A stretch of 64,000 bases of DNA from Ignavibacteriota bacterium. Lineage in GTDB: Bacteria; Bacteroidota; Ignavibacteria; UBA10030; UBA6906. Made by a program: the position numbers and the translations under genes. The notes below the pieces were generated by a model. It was not told where the DNA came from. It saw only the letters and a list, made by a program, of their open reading frames with translations, and did no database searches. Positions 19,393 to 29,887 of this stretch are shown here, one piece after another; the first letter of the stretch is position 1; each line of letters begins with the position of its first letter. The stretch covers positions 512,001 to 576,000 of the forward strand of contig CAWDEM010000004.1 in assembly GCA_963801355.1 (NCBI GenBank). The letters run 5' to 3'.

Positions 19393-20388
19393 ATGACACA
19401 CCTTCTCATCGCACTCCTTCTTGCCGGGTCTCTTGCACAGGGCCAGGGGCGACAATCTGCAAGTGCCGCCGGCGGACCGACTTCTGATGATGCCCGCCCC
19501 ATGAGCACGCTGGCGGGGATCCAGTCGGTCGAGCGAACACTCAATCTCAAAATCGCCACTCCTTCCGGCGGAACGATCAAATCCTGGTACATCCTGGCTC
19601 CGCCACGGGCGATGTGCACACTCAGCGTTGATGGAACCCCGCGCTTCGCGGGCAGGTTTGGAAACCTCTTCATGTCACGTGCCAGCGTCATGTCCAGCGC
19701 GACCGGGAATGACGGATTCACCAGCAGGTATTTCTCCGTGACCAATACCGGTCTGCTGAACGGCTACACGGCCGGGCACAACGCATATTTCGATGTTCCA
19801 TTTACCGACTCGGTAAACATTAGTATTGCCGGCGATACGGCCTGGGTCGCGTTCTATAATATCTTTTACGAGATCGGCAGGCGCGACAGGGGCCGGTACA
19901 ACGAGTTTTATGCCTGCACAGGCGACAGCCTCCCGACCGATGCCAACGTCAGTGATACGCTCCTGACTCTGAAGAATGTCGGGAGAGGCGTCTACTGGTC
20001 ATTGTATTACTGGATGCTCTCTGACAGCGTCACGGAAAACAACAGGGCATTCGAGGAAAGGGATTTCTATTGCGTCCCCGACGGGAGAAGCGTGCACCTT
20101 TCCACGGGAACGGAAGACTATTGCGGGTACTACTACAATTGGCAGAGTGCCGCAGGGTTGGGGTCAAGAACGTCGGACTTCCATGGTTCACCCACATTCG
20201 GCAAGAGAGCCGACGGGAGATACCTGGACGCCTTTTACAGAATTCATGAGCTGGATCGGATCCCATTCGAAAATGATTTCCTTTTCTACTGGGAATCCTG
20301 GGACGGCTGGCCGAAGATTCTCCAATCCCGGTACTGTCACATCGGCTACACCATCATCTACTATCTCGAACGCCGGAAGCCGGCGTAG
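19393..20388 (+). CDS. Secreted DUF2961 (GH172-like) protein
   Basis: Signal peptide; STGTEDY and YRIHELDRIPF resemble the DUF2961 motifs GTGTEDY and YRxHxxDPIxF. Confidence 0.55.
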   Translation: MTHLLIALLLAGSLAQGQGRQSASAAGGPTSDDARPMSTLAGIQSVERTLNLKIATPSGGTIKSWYILAPPRAMCTLSVDGTPRFAGRFGNLFMSRASVMSSATGNDGFTSRYFSVTNTGLLNGYTAGHNAYFDVPFTDSVNISIAGDTAWVAFYNIFYEIGRRDRGRYNEFYACTGDSLPTDANVSDTLLTLKNVGRGVYWSLYYWMLSDSVTENNRAFEERDFYCVPDGRSVHLSTGTEDYCGYYYNWQSAAGLGSRTSDFHGSPTFGKRADGRYLDAFYRIHELDRIPFENDFLFYWESWDGWPKILQSRYCHIGYTIIYYLERRKPA

Positions 20389-20430
20389 TGCTCCCTTCGA
20401 AGTTTCTCTCTCACCACATGATGAGCGGCA

Positions 20431-21408
20431 ATGCCAGCAGATATTCAGGTAGCGATCATCGGCTGCGGAAGCATGGGAGAAGTCCACGCCCAATGCCTTT
20501 CCCGTATCGAGCACGTCAGCATGCGCGCGTTCTGCGATGCGGAGGAACAGCATGCACACTCCCTCTGCGCGAAATTCAAGGGGCTGTATGCCACAACCGA
20601 TCCCGAAAAGGTCCTACGCGATGATGCAGTCGACGCAGTCTACATCTGCACGCATCACGACACACACAGTTCTCTTGCCATCAGAGCCGCAGAGCGTCAT
20701 AAGCATGTGATGGTCGAGAAACCGCTGGCCCTGACTCTTCGGGAGTGCTTTGAGGTCGGGAATGCGGTCGAAAAGTACGGCATCACCCTGATGACCGGCT
20801 TCAAGATGCGTTACTATCCTTCGGTTGCCCGCGCCAGAGAATTCATCCCCTCACCCCTCGTAACGATGGGGCAGATGATGGACGCACGATGGCCCGACGA
20901 CTTCTGGGCCAACGATCCGGTGAAAGGAGGCGGGAACGTCCTGTCGCAGGGATGCCATACGATGGACCTCGTCTGCCACCTCAACGGTGCGAAACCCATC
21001 CGGATTTTTGCGGAAGGGGGGAATTATACGCACCAGGGAAGGGAGATCGTTGATAACATCGTGGCGACCATCCGGTTTGACAACGGGGCCGTTGCGAGCA
21101 TTGCACAGGGTGATTCAGGACAAACCCCCTTTGTGTCAAAATTTTCCTTTCAGGTTACCGACGGCCGCAAGACGGCGCACCTGAGAAACCGGTTGAAGAC
21201 GGTCACCTTTTTCGACGGCGAGAACACTCACGAGGTGACCGATCCGGAGGAGTACGGCTTCCCCGAGGAGAATAGGGATTTTGTGCGCTCTCTTCTCACA
21301 ACTACTCCGCCCCCCATCACGCACATTGACGGCCTCAGGGCCACACTCCTCATTCTGAAGGCCTTTGAGTCATTGAAGACCGGACTTCCACAGACGCTCT
21401 CCATCTGA
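20431..21408 (+). CDS. Gfo/Idh/MocA oxidoreductase
   Basis: IIGCGSMG, VEKPLA, GGG..QGCHTMD. Confidence 0.9.
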   Translation: MPADIQVAIIGCGSMGEVHAQCLSRIEHVSMRAFCDAEEQHAHSLCAKFKGLYATTDPEKVLRDDAVDAVYICTHHDTHSSLAIRAAERHKHVMVEKPLALTLRECFEVGNAVEKYGITLMTGFKMRYYPSVARAREFIPSPLVTMGQMMDARWPDDFWANDPVKGGGNVLSQGCHTMDLVCHLNGAKPIRIFAEGGNYTHQGREIVDNIVATIRFDNGAVASIAQGDSGQTPFVSKFSFQVTDGRKTAHLRNRLKTVTFFDGENTHEVTDPEEYGFPEENRDFVRSLLTTTPPPITHIDGLRATLLILKAFESLKTGLPQTLSI

Positions 21409-21418
21409 ATCATGTCCC

Positions 21419-24268
21419 ATGACAGATCCTCGTCCTGACCCTCTCGCAATTCCGCCTGGTGAATGGCACATGTACAGGCGCGACCACCGTCTGAGCGGCC
21501 GTTCGCCGCTGCGCGGGAAGGTTTCCCGGCCTGTTATACGCTGGGCGTTTCCGCTCGGCGGCTCCGAGAACGAATGCTTTCCCGTTCCCGCCTCTGATGG
21601 ACGGATGGACCTGCTCTTTGCGTATGGCGGATGTATCGTCCGGACTGACGGCACCGGTGCCGCTGTCTGGAAAAGTCAGAGTTACGGTATTAACGCCATC
21701 GGCGCCGTCGAGGATCTGGACGGCGATGGCAGACTGGAAATCGCATGCAGTACCGGCTACGAGGTGATTGTCCTCGCCGCTGAATCCGGCCGCCTCCTGA
21801 TGAGACACTATCTGGGCTTTCCGCTTTCTGCGGGGACTCCGGCCGGTATGCTCCTCTGCCACAAATTCGATAAGAAGTCCAGAGGCATGCACCTGATCGC
21901 CCCCATGATGAGTGCGAAAGAAGTACTGGTGTTCGATTTCCGCAATGGGAAGCGAGAAGGGATGCTGGCGCATACGCTCTGGATGGACGACGCCTTTCAT
22001 CCCACCGTCGCAGCAGCGGACATGAACAATGACGGGGTGGATGAGCTTGTGGTTTCCAAGCTTTGCGGGCTCTATGTATTCAACGTTCTGACCGGGGTCA
22101 TGACCTCATCTGTCCACTGGACCTCAAATGGCGAGCGTCACCGCAACTATGGCCTGACCCAGCTCGTGGACATCGATGGCGACGGCGCCCGCGAGGTCGT
22201 TATCGTCGCAGAGCGCGTTGCACGGCACATTGCGGTGATCGACAATGACGGAAAGGGAAACCTTAGGAACCTCTGGGACAGGTTCATCGAGTTCATCTAT
22301 CCTAACGACACCACCGAACTCCGTCATACAGGGAATTCGGTGCAGGACGTGGACGGTGACGGAAAACCCGAACTGGTGGTGAGTCTCTTCAACGCCAGAA
22401 GAGATGGGCGCTGGTGGCTGGAAATCCTCGATCCCGGAACCGGCACGATCAAGCTGGAAATGCCCGACACATACCTCTGGGGCGTACAGGATGTGAACGG
22501 CGATGGCGTGTCTGAACTGCTGGTCGGGAAGGAATACCAGCGCAATCCGATTCCATTTTCCCTGGTGGAAGTCACCAGCGTCAGAGACCTGAAGCCCGAA
22601 GTGCTGTGGAGTTGCGACAATGCACGATTTGCGGGGAGGCCCCTCCGTCCCTCGGGGTCGAAATCGAACTTCCGGCCGGTGCAATTCGGCCATGATGAGA
22701 CGTGGACAGAATTTTCGGAAGGCGGCGGCACCGTTTTTCTTTTTACCGTTGCGCCGGACCGGACCCGCTGGCTTGCCGAGGTCTCGTGGAGGGATGGACT
22801 GATTGCCGTGAGTTCGACGCCGCTCGGTTCATCCGGCGAGTTCGTCATGTCAGCGCTTGCCGACGTCGATGGTGACGGCGTGTGCGAATGTGTTCTGTCG
22901 GAAAACAACGGCAGGATCCTCATTGTTCGCGCCGACAGGGGTGTTCAGGCGGCCTGGGCCGTCGGGTTTCGATTGCAGCTTGAAGGATTCTCCGCCGCGC
23001 GGCCCGGCCCCGTGCCGGTGGTCTACCGGGCATACGGGGATCAACAACCCTTCATCACGATCCCCGACAACACCAACACACTCCATCAGTTGCAGGTCGA
23101 TCGATCAGGAACGAAGGTTGTGGAGCGATGGGAGAAGCGCGGACGCGGATGGATGGGCTATGATAATTGCTTCCACAGCGCATATGTGCGGGACGTTGAC
23201 GGGGACGGCACGCTGGAACTGATGGCGGTGAACCCGGAGCGGGAAGATTGTTCCGAACTCATGGCCCTGGGTCCCGACGGTGCGGTGAAACGATCGTGGC
23301 TGTTCCCCGAAACCCCGCCCCCTGGGCTGACCAGAATCGGGCTCTATGCATGGATCGTCACATGCGGAAACACTCCAGACGGGAACTCTGAAGCGACTAT
23401 TGTTGCTTCGTCATACGCATCGTATTCGATGAACTCCGAAGAGACCGTCGCTGTAGACCTCCAGAACAACACACTGTGGCACCGGAGACAGCAGGGCGAA
23501 GGGGAGTGGGGACGCGGAGTTGGACCCTGGAGCGCTTTTTCCGTCCTTCAATCAGCAGGCAAACCGGCACAGATTCTCTTTCTTGCAAAAGATCTTCTCT
23601 GCCACCTGGATGCCCGGTCAGGCCGGTGGATTCGGGAACCATGGATTCTCTGGCGCGCCACCAACTCCGTGATGAATCAACCTGATTGGGATTTCACAAA
23701 AGACCGCCAGGCGGATTTCGGTTCGGCAAAGGATCCGTTTACCGCCTACGGCTCTCCCATTCTTGCCGACGTGGACAATGACGGCCGGGATGAGATTCTC
23801 GTGGGAGGATGTTTCGGGGGATTCGGAGTGCTGCGCGACGATTTTTCCATCCTCTGGTGGATGCAAACACCGTTTACCGATATGATGCTCCGCCTCCCGG
23901 GAATCGCCGACGTTCAGGGCGATGGACGTCTCTGTGTCGGCATATGCCGGGCAAACGGAATTTTCAGCTGCCTCGAAGGGGCCACAGGAAAAGTCCTGTG
24001 GAACATCGATCTCCAGAGCACCACGGCGGACATTGTGAGCTGCGATATCGATGGTGACGGCAAGGAAGAATTCCTGGCCGGAACCACCGACGGCCGGCTG
24101 CTTGCCATCGGTACCGATGCCTCCGGACAGGGTGTCGTCCGCTGGAGTGTGAATATCGGGTGCGCCCTCGGTAATCCGGTTGTTGCAGATGCCGACGGCG
24201 ATGGATTCAGCGAAGTTATCGTTGTGACCGGAGACGGATCGCTCGTCTGCATCGGCATGGGAGAGTGA
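21419..24268 (+). CDS. FG-GAP/VCBS-repeat beta-propeller protein
   Basis: About a dozen Dx[DN]xDG..E motifs and PQQ-like W repeats; no obvious signal peptide. Confidence 0.75.
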   Translation: MTDPRPDPLAIPPGEWHMYRRDHRLSGRSPLRGKVSRPVIRWAFPLGGSENECFPVPASDGRMDLLFAYGGCIVRTDGTGAAVWKSQSYGINAIGAVEDLDGDGRLEIACSTGYEVIVLAAESGRLLMRHYLGFPLSAGTPAGMLLCHKFDKKSRGMHLIAPMMSAKEVLVFDFRNGKREGMLAHTLWMDDAFHPTVAAADMNNDGVDELVVSKLCGLYVFNVLTGVMTSSVHWTSNGERHRNYGLTQLVDIDGDGAREVVIVAERVARHIAVIDNDGKGNLRNLWDRFIEFIYPNDTTELRHTGNSVQDVDGDGKPELVVSLFNARRDGRWWLEILDPGTGTIKLEMPDTYLWGVQDVNGDGVSELLVGKEYQRNPIPFSLVEVTSVRDLKPEVLWSCDNARFAGRPLRPSGSKSNFRPVQFGHDETWTEFSEGGGTVFLFTVAPDRTRWLAEVSWRDGLIAVSSTPLGSSGEFVMSALADVDGDGVCECVLSENNGRILIVRADRGVQAAWAVGFRLQLEGFSAARPGPVPVVYRAYGDQQPFITIPDNTNTLHQLQVDRSGTKVVERWEKRGRGWMGYDNCFHSAYVRDVDGDGTLELMAVNPEREDCSELMALGPDGAVKRSWLFPETPPPGLTRIGLYAWIVTCGNTPDGNSEATIVASSYASYSMNSEETVAVDLQNNTLWHRRQQGEGEWGRGVGPWSAFSVLQSAGKPAQILFLAKDLLCHLDARSGRWIREPWILWRATNSVMNQPDWDFTKDRQADFGSAKDPFTAYGSPILADVDNDGRDEILVGGCFGGFGVLRDDFSILWWMQTPFTDMMLRLPGIADVQGDGRLCVGICRANGIFSCLEGATGKVLWNIDLQSTTADIVSCDIDGDGKEEFLAGTTDGRLLAIGTDASGQGVVRWSVNIGCALGNPVVADADGDGFSEVIVVTGDGSLVCIGMGE

Positions 24269-25143
24269 CAATGCGCAAGGTGACCATCGGGACAACGGCG
24301 TTTCTGGTTGAAGACTCGCCGCACACCATCAAAATGAACATCAGCAGGGCCATTGGCTATATCACCCTCGCGAAATCTCAAGGAGCCGACATCCTCTGTC
24401 TTCCGGAGATGGTGAGCACCGCAAACGTTCCCCCGGATCTGGAATACCATGCGGAAGACTTCCCGGGAGAAATCACCGCAGCCTTCCGCCGGGCGGCACG
24501 GACACACAACATCCATGTCGTCGCCCCGTATCTCGTCCGTTCGGGAAAGAAAATCTATAACCAGGCGACAGTCATCGACAGAAGAGGGAAGATAGCGGGT
24601 TTCTATCGCAAGGTTCAACCGACGGCGGAGGAGAGCCGGCACGTTGCCCCGGGAAAAGACCTTCCGGTCTTTGATCTGGAGTTCGGCAGGATCGCCGTCA
24701 TGATCTGCATGGACATCTATTTCCCCGAGATTCCGCGGATCTATGCATTCAAGGGGGCGGAGATTGTGTTCTGGCCAACGGTCTCGCACGGGCCCACACA
24801 GGAAACTCTTCGCACGCAGCTTACTGCCCGTGCCGTAGACAATTCACTTATTATGGCCGAGGCGAACCTCGCAAACCATCCGCCCTATGCGGCGTACACA
24901 GGCCGGTATCGGCCCGCGACCGCACGTATCATCGATCACAACGGGGACATTCTGGCGCAAACCGGAAGACGCCATGGCGTTGCCACCGCGACGGTCGATC
25001 TGGACGAAGTGCGGCTCACCTCGCAATGCGTGCTGATCCGTGAACCGGACCGGATGAGGGAAGACCTGGAGAGCATCACGCGGCTTGACCTGTATGCACG
25101 CGAGTACCAGAAACTGTCCCGGAAACAAAAGAGAGTCTATTGA
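24265..25143 (+). CDS. Carbon-nitrogen hydrolase (nitrilase superfamily)
   Basis: Glu-Lys-Cys triad motifs LPE, YRK and ICMD. Confidence 0.88.
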   Translation: MTMRKVTIGTTAFLVEDSPHTIKMNISRAIGYITLAKSQGADILCLPEMVSTANVPPDLEYHAEDFPGEITAAFRRAARTHNIHVVAPYLVRSGKKIYNQATVIDRRGKIAGFYRKVQPTAEESRHVAPGKDLPVFDLEFGRIAVMICMDIYFPEIPRIYAFKGAEIVFWPTVSHGPTQETLRTQLTARAVDNSLIMAEANLANHPPYAAYTGRYRPATARIIDHNGDILAQTGRRHGVATATVDLDEVRLTSQCVLIREPDRMREDLESITRLDLYAREYQKLSRKQKRVY

Positions 25144-26444
25144 TGTCCCCCCTGCGCATCGCGGTTGCAGCAATTCTCTTTCTCACGCTCCTCTCTTGCG
25201 GCGAGAAGACACAGCCTCAGGGTTCCATCACGCTGACGCTGTATCACTGGATGGAGAAGGACCGATCGCTCTGGGAAGAAGAGATCATCAAACCTTTTGA
25301 GAAATCCCACCCGGGCATCCGCGTTATTCTGCAGACATCGCCATATCCGCTCTTCGTCACCAAGAGTCTTACCTCGATAGCTTCCGGGAACCAGTTGGCG
25401 GATCTGATGTTTGCTGAAGATTGGTTCGGACAGGAGCTGATTCACAAGAAGTACGCATTGAACCTCATGCCGTATGTGAGACGTGATCTCGCCATTGATG
25501 ATTTCAACAGCGAGACATTCACCGAATGGCGGGGAGTCGCACAGCGGGAGGATGAACTCTATGGCTTCCCGGCGTGTCTCGGATTGACGGTCCTGTTCTA
25601 CAATAAGGACCTGTTTGACCGTGCGGGAATCCCGTACCCTGACACGTCATGGACGTACGAAGATCTGCGCAGGGTCGGTGAACGGTTGACACTGGATACC
25701 GACGGGGATGGCATCCCGGATCAGTGGGGGCTCTCCTTTGATGTGCATTACACCGGACTCGAGACGGTACTCTACTCGTTCGGCGGTCGCATGCTGACCG
25801 ATGACTCCAAACGGGCGGACCTGAGCGAAGCGGCCACTCTTCGGGGTTTTCATTTCATCAAAGACCTGTTCGTCGACCGGAGGATAGCATCAAACACCAC
25901 ATCGTTCGTCAATCCCTGGGCTTCGTTTGTCGGGCAAAGGGCAGCCATGATTTTGATCGGATCCCTGGGTGCGGTGAATCTGGAAGGCAGCCCCATCCGT
26001 TGGGATTTGACGTTTCCACCGAAGGGACCCGGCGGCAAACGGATGTCGAGACGGTTCACCATGGCGTTCATGATCCCCAGGAATTCACCCCATCCCGACG
26101 AGGCATGGGAGCTTCTCCACTGGATACTGACAAAGAGTCCGGTTGAACGCCTCAACACCCAGTACCTCGGGATGATGCCGACGTACAAGCGGTTCACGCA
26201 ATCTGCGGAGTGGCTCACTGCACCCCCCTCCCATAACCGTCATCTTCTTGTCGAACTCGAGCAGCGGCATGCATTTCCGCTGTTTACACCCGCATGGCAG
26301 GAGTGGCGCGACAACAACCTGACGCCGGAGATGCTCCTGATGATTCAGGGGAAGAAACCGGTGGAAGAATGTGTTCGCGACGCCGAGCGGAGAATCAATG
26401 GTGTGCTTGCCCGTGTGTTCAAGAACCAGAGAAATCACCCATGA
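25143..26444 (+). CDS. Sugar ABC transporter substrate-binding lipoprotein
   Basis: Lipobox LLSC; LFYNKDLFDRAGIPYP..WT motif. Confidence 0.9.
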   Translation: MSPLRIAVAAILFLTLLSCGEKTQPQGSITLTLYHWMEKDRSLWEEEIIKPFEKSHPGIRVILQTSPYPLFVTKSLTSIASGNQLADLMFAEDWFGQELIHKKYALNLMPYVRRDLAIDDFNSETFTEWRGVAQREDELYGFPACLGLTVLFYNKDLFDRAGIPYPDTSWTYEDLRRVGERLTLDTDGDGIPDQWGLSFDVHYTGLETVLYSFGGRMLTDDSKRADLSEAATLRGFHFIKDLFVDRRIASNTTSFVNPWASFVGQRAAMILIGSLGAVNLEGSPIRWDLTFPPKGPGGKRMSRRFTMAFMIPRNSPHPDEAWELLHWILTKSPVERLNTQYLGMMPTYKRFTQSAEWLTAPPSHNRHLLVELEQRHAFPLFTPAWQEWRDNNLTPEMLLMIQGKKPVEECVRDAERRINGVLARVFKNQRNHP

Positions 26445-27358
26445 TTCGCATCGGACTTGTTGACCTGGATACATCCCACCCCCAAGCGTTCACGCGCATC
26501 CTTCGCACCATCCCGGATGTTGAGGTCAGTGCACTCTGGGACGGCCATGACGTCTGGCCGGAGGGATACGAGAGCACATTTGCCAAGGCAAACAACATAC
26601 CGGTTGTCTGTTCGCGCCTTGAGGACATGCCGGATCGTCTGGATGCGGCGATGATTCACGGGACAAACTGGGACTCTCACATCGAAAAAGCACTTGTCTT
26701 CATGAAGGCGAAGAAACCGGTGTTGATCGACAAGCCCGTTGTCGGATCCGCGGGTGATTGTGATCGGCTGCTGAATCTGCAGGAAAAATATGGCTCGCTC
26801 GTGTACGGCGGATCGTCACTGCGATACGCAAGAGAAGTCACCGCATTACGCGGGATGATCGGTCCGCGCGATAACCTGGTTTCCATGCTTGCCGCGGGTC
26901 CGGGCGATTTTTTCAGCTACGGCATTCATACCACGGAGATGCTTCAGGGGTGCGTGGGGATCGGCGTGAAATCGGTGAGGGCGATAACGCAACACCGGGT
27001 TCCACTGCTGGCGGTGACATACCACGACGGCTTTGTGGCGCTGATGCGGCTGCAGATGCCTTTTCACGAATGGTCGCTTTGCGCCCATACCGTCACGGGG
27101 TTGCACACAACGACGGTCAGCGTCGACGGACTGTATGAACCCTTTCTCCAGAATTTTGTTTCTCTGTTGAAGGGTGGGAAGGTCGACTACACACTCGCGG
27201 GGCCGGTGGAGGCCGTTCGCGTGCACCTCGCCGCGAAGATCGCTCTTGCGAAAGGGACAGAAGTGTCGCTGGACACACTGCCGGGCGACGCAGGATTCCC
27301 CGGGCGAGCATTTGCCGAGGACTATGCGGCGGCAAAGCGGCGAGAGTCACAGCACTGA
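26441..27358 (+). CDS. Gfo/Idh/MocA-like oxidoreductase
   Basis: MIRIGLVDLDTSHP, LIDKP, GGSSLRY, YGIH; ATGA overlap with the upstream stop. Confidence 0.8.
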   Translation: MIRIGLVDLDTSHPQAFTRILRTIPDVEVSALWDGHDVWPEGYESTFAKANNIPVVCSRLEDMPDRLDAAMIHGTNWDSHIEKALVFMKAKKPVLIDKPVVGSAGDCDRLLNLQEKYGSLVYGGSSLRYAREVTALRGMIGPRDNLVSMLAAGPGDFFSYGIHTTEMLQGCVGIGVKSVRAITQHRVPLLAVTYHDGFVALMRLQMPFHEWSLCAHTVTGLHTTTVSVDGLYEPFLQNFVSLLKGGKVDYTLAGPVEAVRVHLAAKIALAKGTEVSLDTLPGDAGFPGRAFAEDYAAAKRRESQH

Positions 27359-27452
27359 CCAAGAGAATCCATCACGCGGCACCGATTGAGGAGCAGATGA
27401 TTCGATCCTGACAAACTGGAACGGTATCGCGTCAGGGAGTGAGCGCCAAAGG

Positions 27453-28337
27453 ATGATAACACCGGCCAGAGCCTTCCGGGTCCTTGAACCTTATCTGTAC
27501 CTGCTTCCCACCATCATCGGCTTGATGCTCTTCAGCGCGGGCGCCGTTGCGGCTTCCTTTTTCATAAGCTTCACGCAATGGGACGTGGTCTCATCCCCCG
27601 AATGGGTTTGGCTGGACAACTACATCGCGCTCTGGCAATCGGACCTGTTCTGGGAAGTTTTTCGTAACACCCTCTATTTTATTCTCCTCGCAGTTCCTCT
27701 CTCGGTCGCATGCTCGCTCGCCCTTGCCCTTGTGGCAAACACCGGGTTGAAAGGGATTACGCTCTTTCGCACGGCGTATTTCCTCCCGGTTGTCTCCTCT
27801 ATGATCGCTGTAGCTCTCGTCTGGAGCTGGATCTATAATCCCGAATACGGCCTGCTCAACTATCTCCTGCAGCTGCTGTTCGGGGTCAAGGGGCCGGCAT
27901 GGCTGGACAGTACTACGTGGGCGCTTCCTGCGATGGTCATTGTCACGGTCTGGAAGGGATTGGGATACTCGATGGTGATTTTCCTCGCCGGACTTCAGAA
28001 TATCCCTCAGGATCTCTATCATGCGGCGACCATCGACGGCGCCGGTGTGTGGAAAAGATTCCGGCATATCACTCTTCCGATGCTTTCACCCACGACATTC
28101 TTCGTCATTGTCATCACGCTGATCAACTCGTTCCAGGTGTTTGAGCAGACGTACGTCCTCACAAGAGGGGGGCCGGCAAACTCAACACTCACCATGAGCT
28201 ACTACATCTACCAGAATGCATTCCAGTATTTCCAAATGGGAAAGGCGGCGGCAATCTCGTACGTTCTGTTTGCAGCCATCTTCGTTGTGACGCTCGTGCA
28301 GTTCAGGATCCAGAAGCGTTGGGTGTTTTATGGATAG
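27453..28337 (+). CDS. Sugar ABC transporter permease
   Basis: Multiple TM helices; EAA-like loop LYHAATIDGA. Confidence 0.92.
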   Translation: MITPARAFRVLEPYLYLLPTIIGLMLFSAGAVAASFFISFTQWDVVSSPEWVWLDNYIALWQSDLFWEVFRNTLYFILLAVPLSVACSLALALVANTGLKGITLFRTAYFLPVVSSMIAVALVWSWIYNPEYGLLNYLLQLLFGVKGPAWLDSTTWALPAMVIVTVWKGLGYSMVIFLAGLQNIPQDLYHAATIDGAGVWKRFRHITLPMLSPTTFFVIVITLINSFQVFEQTYVLTRGGPANSTLTMSYYIYQNAFQYFQMGKAAAISYVLFAAIFVVTLVQFRIQKRWVFYG

Positions 28338-29157
28338 CGCGATCCGGAAGATAGTGCGATACGCTCTCCTGACCTCCATAGGTGCGGTCATGGTGGGTCC
28401 GTTCCTCTGGATGGTGTCGACATCAATGATGGACCAGCAGGACATCTTCCGTGTTCCACCGCTGTGGATCCCGGATCGGATTCATCTGAGAAACTATCGC
28501 GCGATCATGGAGGTCCTGCCGCTGGGGACATTGCTCGTGAACAGCTTCACGATTGCCGTCAGTGCGACCATTGGCCAGCTCTGCAGTTGTACGCTGGCGG
28601 CGTACGCATTCGCGCGGATGAAATTCCGGGGGAACGGAGTTCTGTACTTCGTTCTTCTTGCAACAATGATGATCCCGGCGCAGGTCACAATGATCCCGGC
28701 ATTTCTGATCATGAAGTCCCTCGGATTGATCGACACACTGTACGCGCTGATTGTGCCGGCATTTTTCGGCGGTGCGTTCGGGACTTTTCTGTTACGGCAG
28801 TTCTTCTCCACGATCCCGACGGATCTGGAGGATGCCGCGCGCATGGACGGATGCGGGCGCTTCAGGATTCTCTGGTCGATCGTTCTTCCGCTCTCCAAAC
28901 CCGCTCTGGCAACACTTGCCCTCTTCACATTCATGACCTACTGGAACGATCTCCTGGGGCCGGTGATTTACCTGTCGAGTGTGGAGAACGCAACATTGAC
29001 CATGGGGCTGGCAAACCTTCAATCGGGCGTTATGGTGACGAGATATGATTTGCTCATGGCAGGATCAGTCCTGAGTGTCCTGCCGATTCTCCTGCTCCTG
29101 ATCATCGGGCAGCGTTGGTTCGTGAAGGGAATTGCCACAACGGGGTTGAAGGAGTGA
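28330..29157 (+). CDS. Sugar ABC transporter permease
   Basis: LEDAARMDGC loop; multiple TM helices. Confidence 0.92.
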   Translation: MDSAIRKIVRYALLTSIGAVMVGPFLWMVSTSMMDQQDIFRVPPLWIPDRIHLRNYRAIMEVLPLGTLLVNSFTIAVSATIGQLCSCTLAAYAFARMKFRGNGVLYFVLLATMMIPAQVTMIPAFLIMKSLGLIDTLYALIVPAFFGGAFGTFLLRQFFSTIPTDLEDAARMDGCGRFRILWSIVLPLSKPALATLALFTFMTYWNDLLGPVIYLSSVENATLTMGLANLQSGVMVTRYDLLMAGSVLSVLPILLLLIIGQRWFVKGIATTGLKE

Positions 29158-29294
29158 GGGATGCAAGAAGGCCGCTGCGTGGGATTGAGTGTAAGGATTG
29201 TGAAGGGAAATCCTTGCGACAAAAACAAGAAAATCGTATATTTACGACGTTTTGTGTGCAGGTATGATCCCGTCGGTTGGCGTGGTCGCTGGAC

Positions 29295-29368
29295 GGCCCC
29301 GTAGCTCAACTGGATAGAGCAACAGCCTTCTAAGCTGTAGGTTCCGCGTTCAAGTCGCGGCGGGGTCA
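29295..29368 (+). tRNA. tRNA-Arg(TCT)
   Basis: Cloverleaf: acceptor GGCCCCG/CGGGGTC, anticodon arm ACAGC-CTTCTAA-GCTGT, T-loop TTCAAGT. Confidence 0.95.
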
Positions 29369-29414
29369 CGAAGATTGAACAGAGATGAGCCGGACTTTAA
29401 CCGGGCTCCATCTT

Positions 29415-29487
29415 GCCCCCATCGTCTAGAGGCCTAGGACACGAGCTTTTCAAGCTTGGAACATGGGTTCGAATCCCGTTGGGGGCA
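29415..29487 (+). tRNA. tRNA-Glu(TTC)
   Basis: Acceptor GCCCCCA/TGGGGGC, anticodon arm CGAGC-TTTTCAA-GCTTG, T-loop TTCGAAT. Confidence 0.95.
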
Positions 29488-29887
29488 CACTCACTAGGTG
29501 TGTTCGGCCTTTCAGAATAATCTCTTCAACGATTTTCCTCGCCGACCCGGGCATTGCCAGCAAGTAGCGCTTAGCGACTTCCTCCAATTTGACTCCCTTT
29601 TCGGCCAGAGTCATCAGTGAGGAAATTTGGTTGTTGAGTCGAAGGAACGCAGTCTGTTGACATATCCAGTATCGGTGTACGTCCTACGCTTGTGCCTCCT
29701 ACCCGGAGGGCCGATGGTTTGAGTGCTCCCAGAGAAATTGAAATTGCAGTGAGGGCAACTCATGAGGCCTGAAGGGGGATAGGGGCTCTAGCTTGTAGAG
29801 GTACCTGCACCAAGCTTCTTATCAAGCAACACCGCCTTGGCGAGCAAAAAGTTCGAGGAAGGCGGGCGGTGTGTAAGCACGGGCATG

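Noticed and set aside
29450-29614. 54-aa minus-strand ORF ending VPPTGFEP inside tRNA-Glu as an integrase tail
   Set aside because: That peptide results from reading any such tRNA antisense; the frame closes shortly upstream and shows no recombinase motifs.
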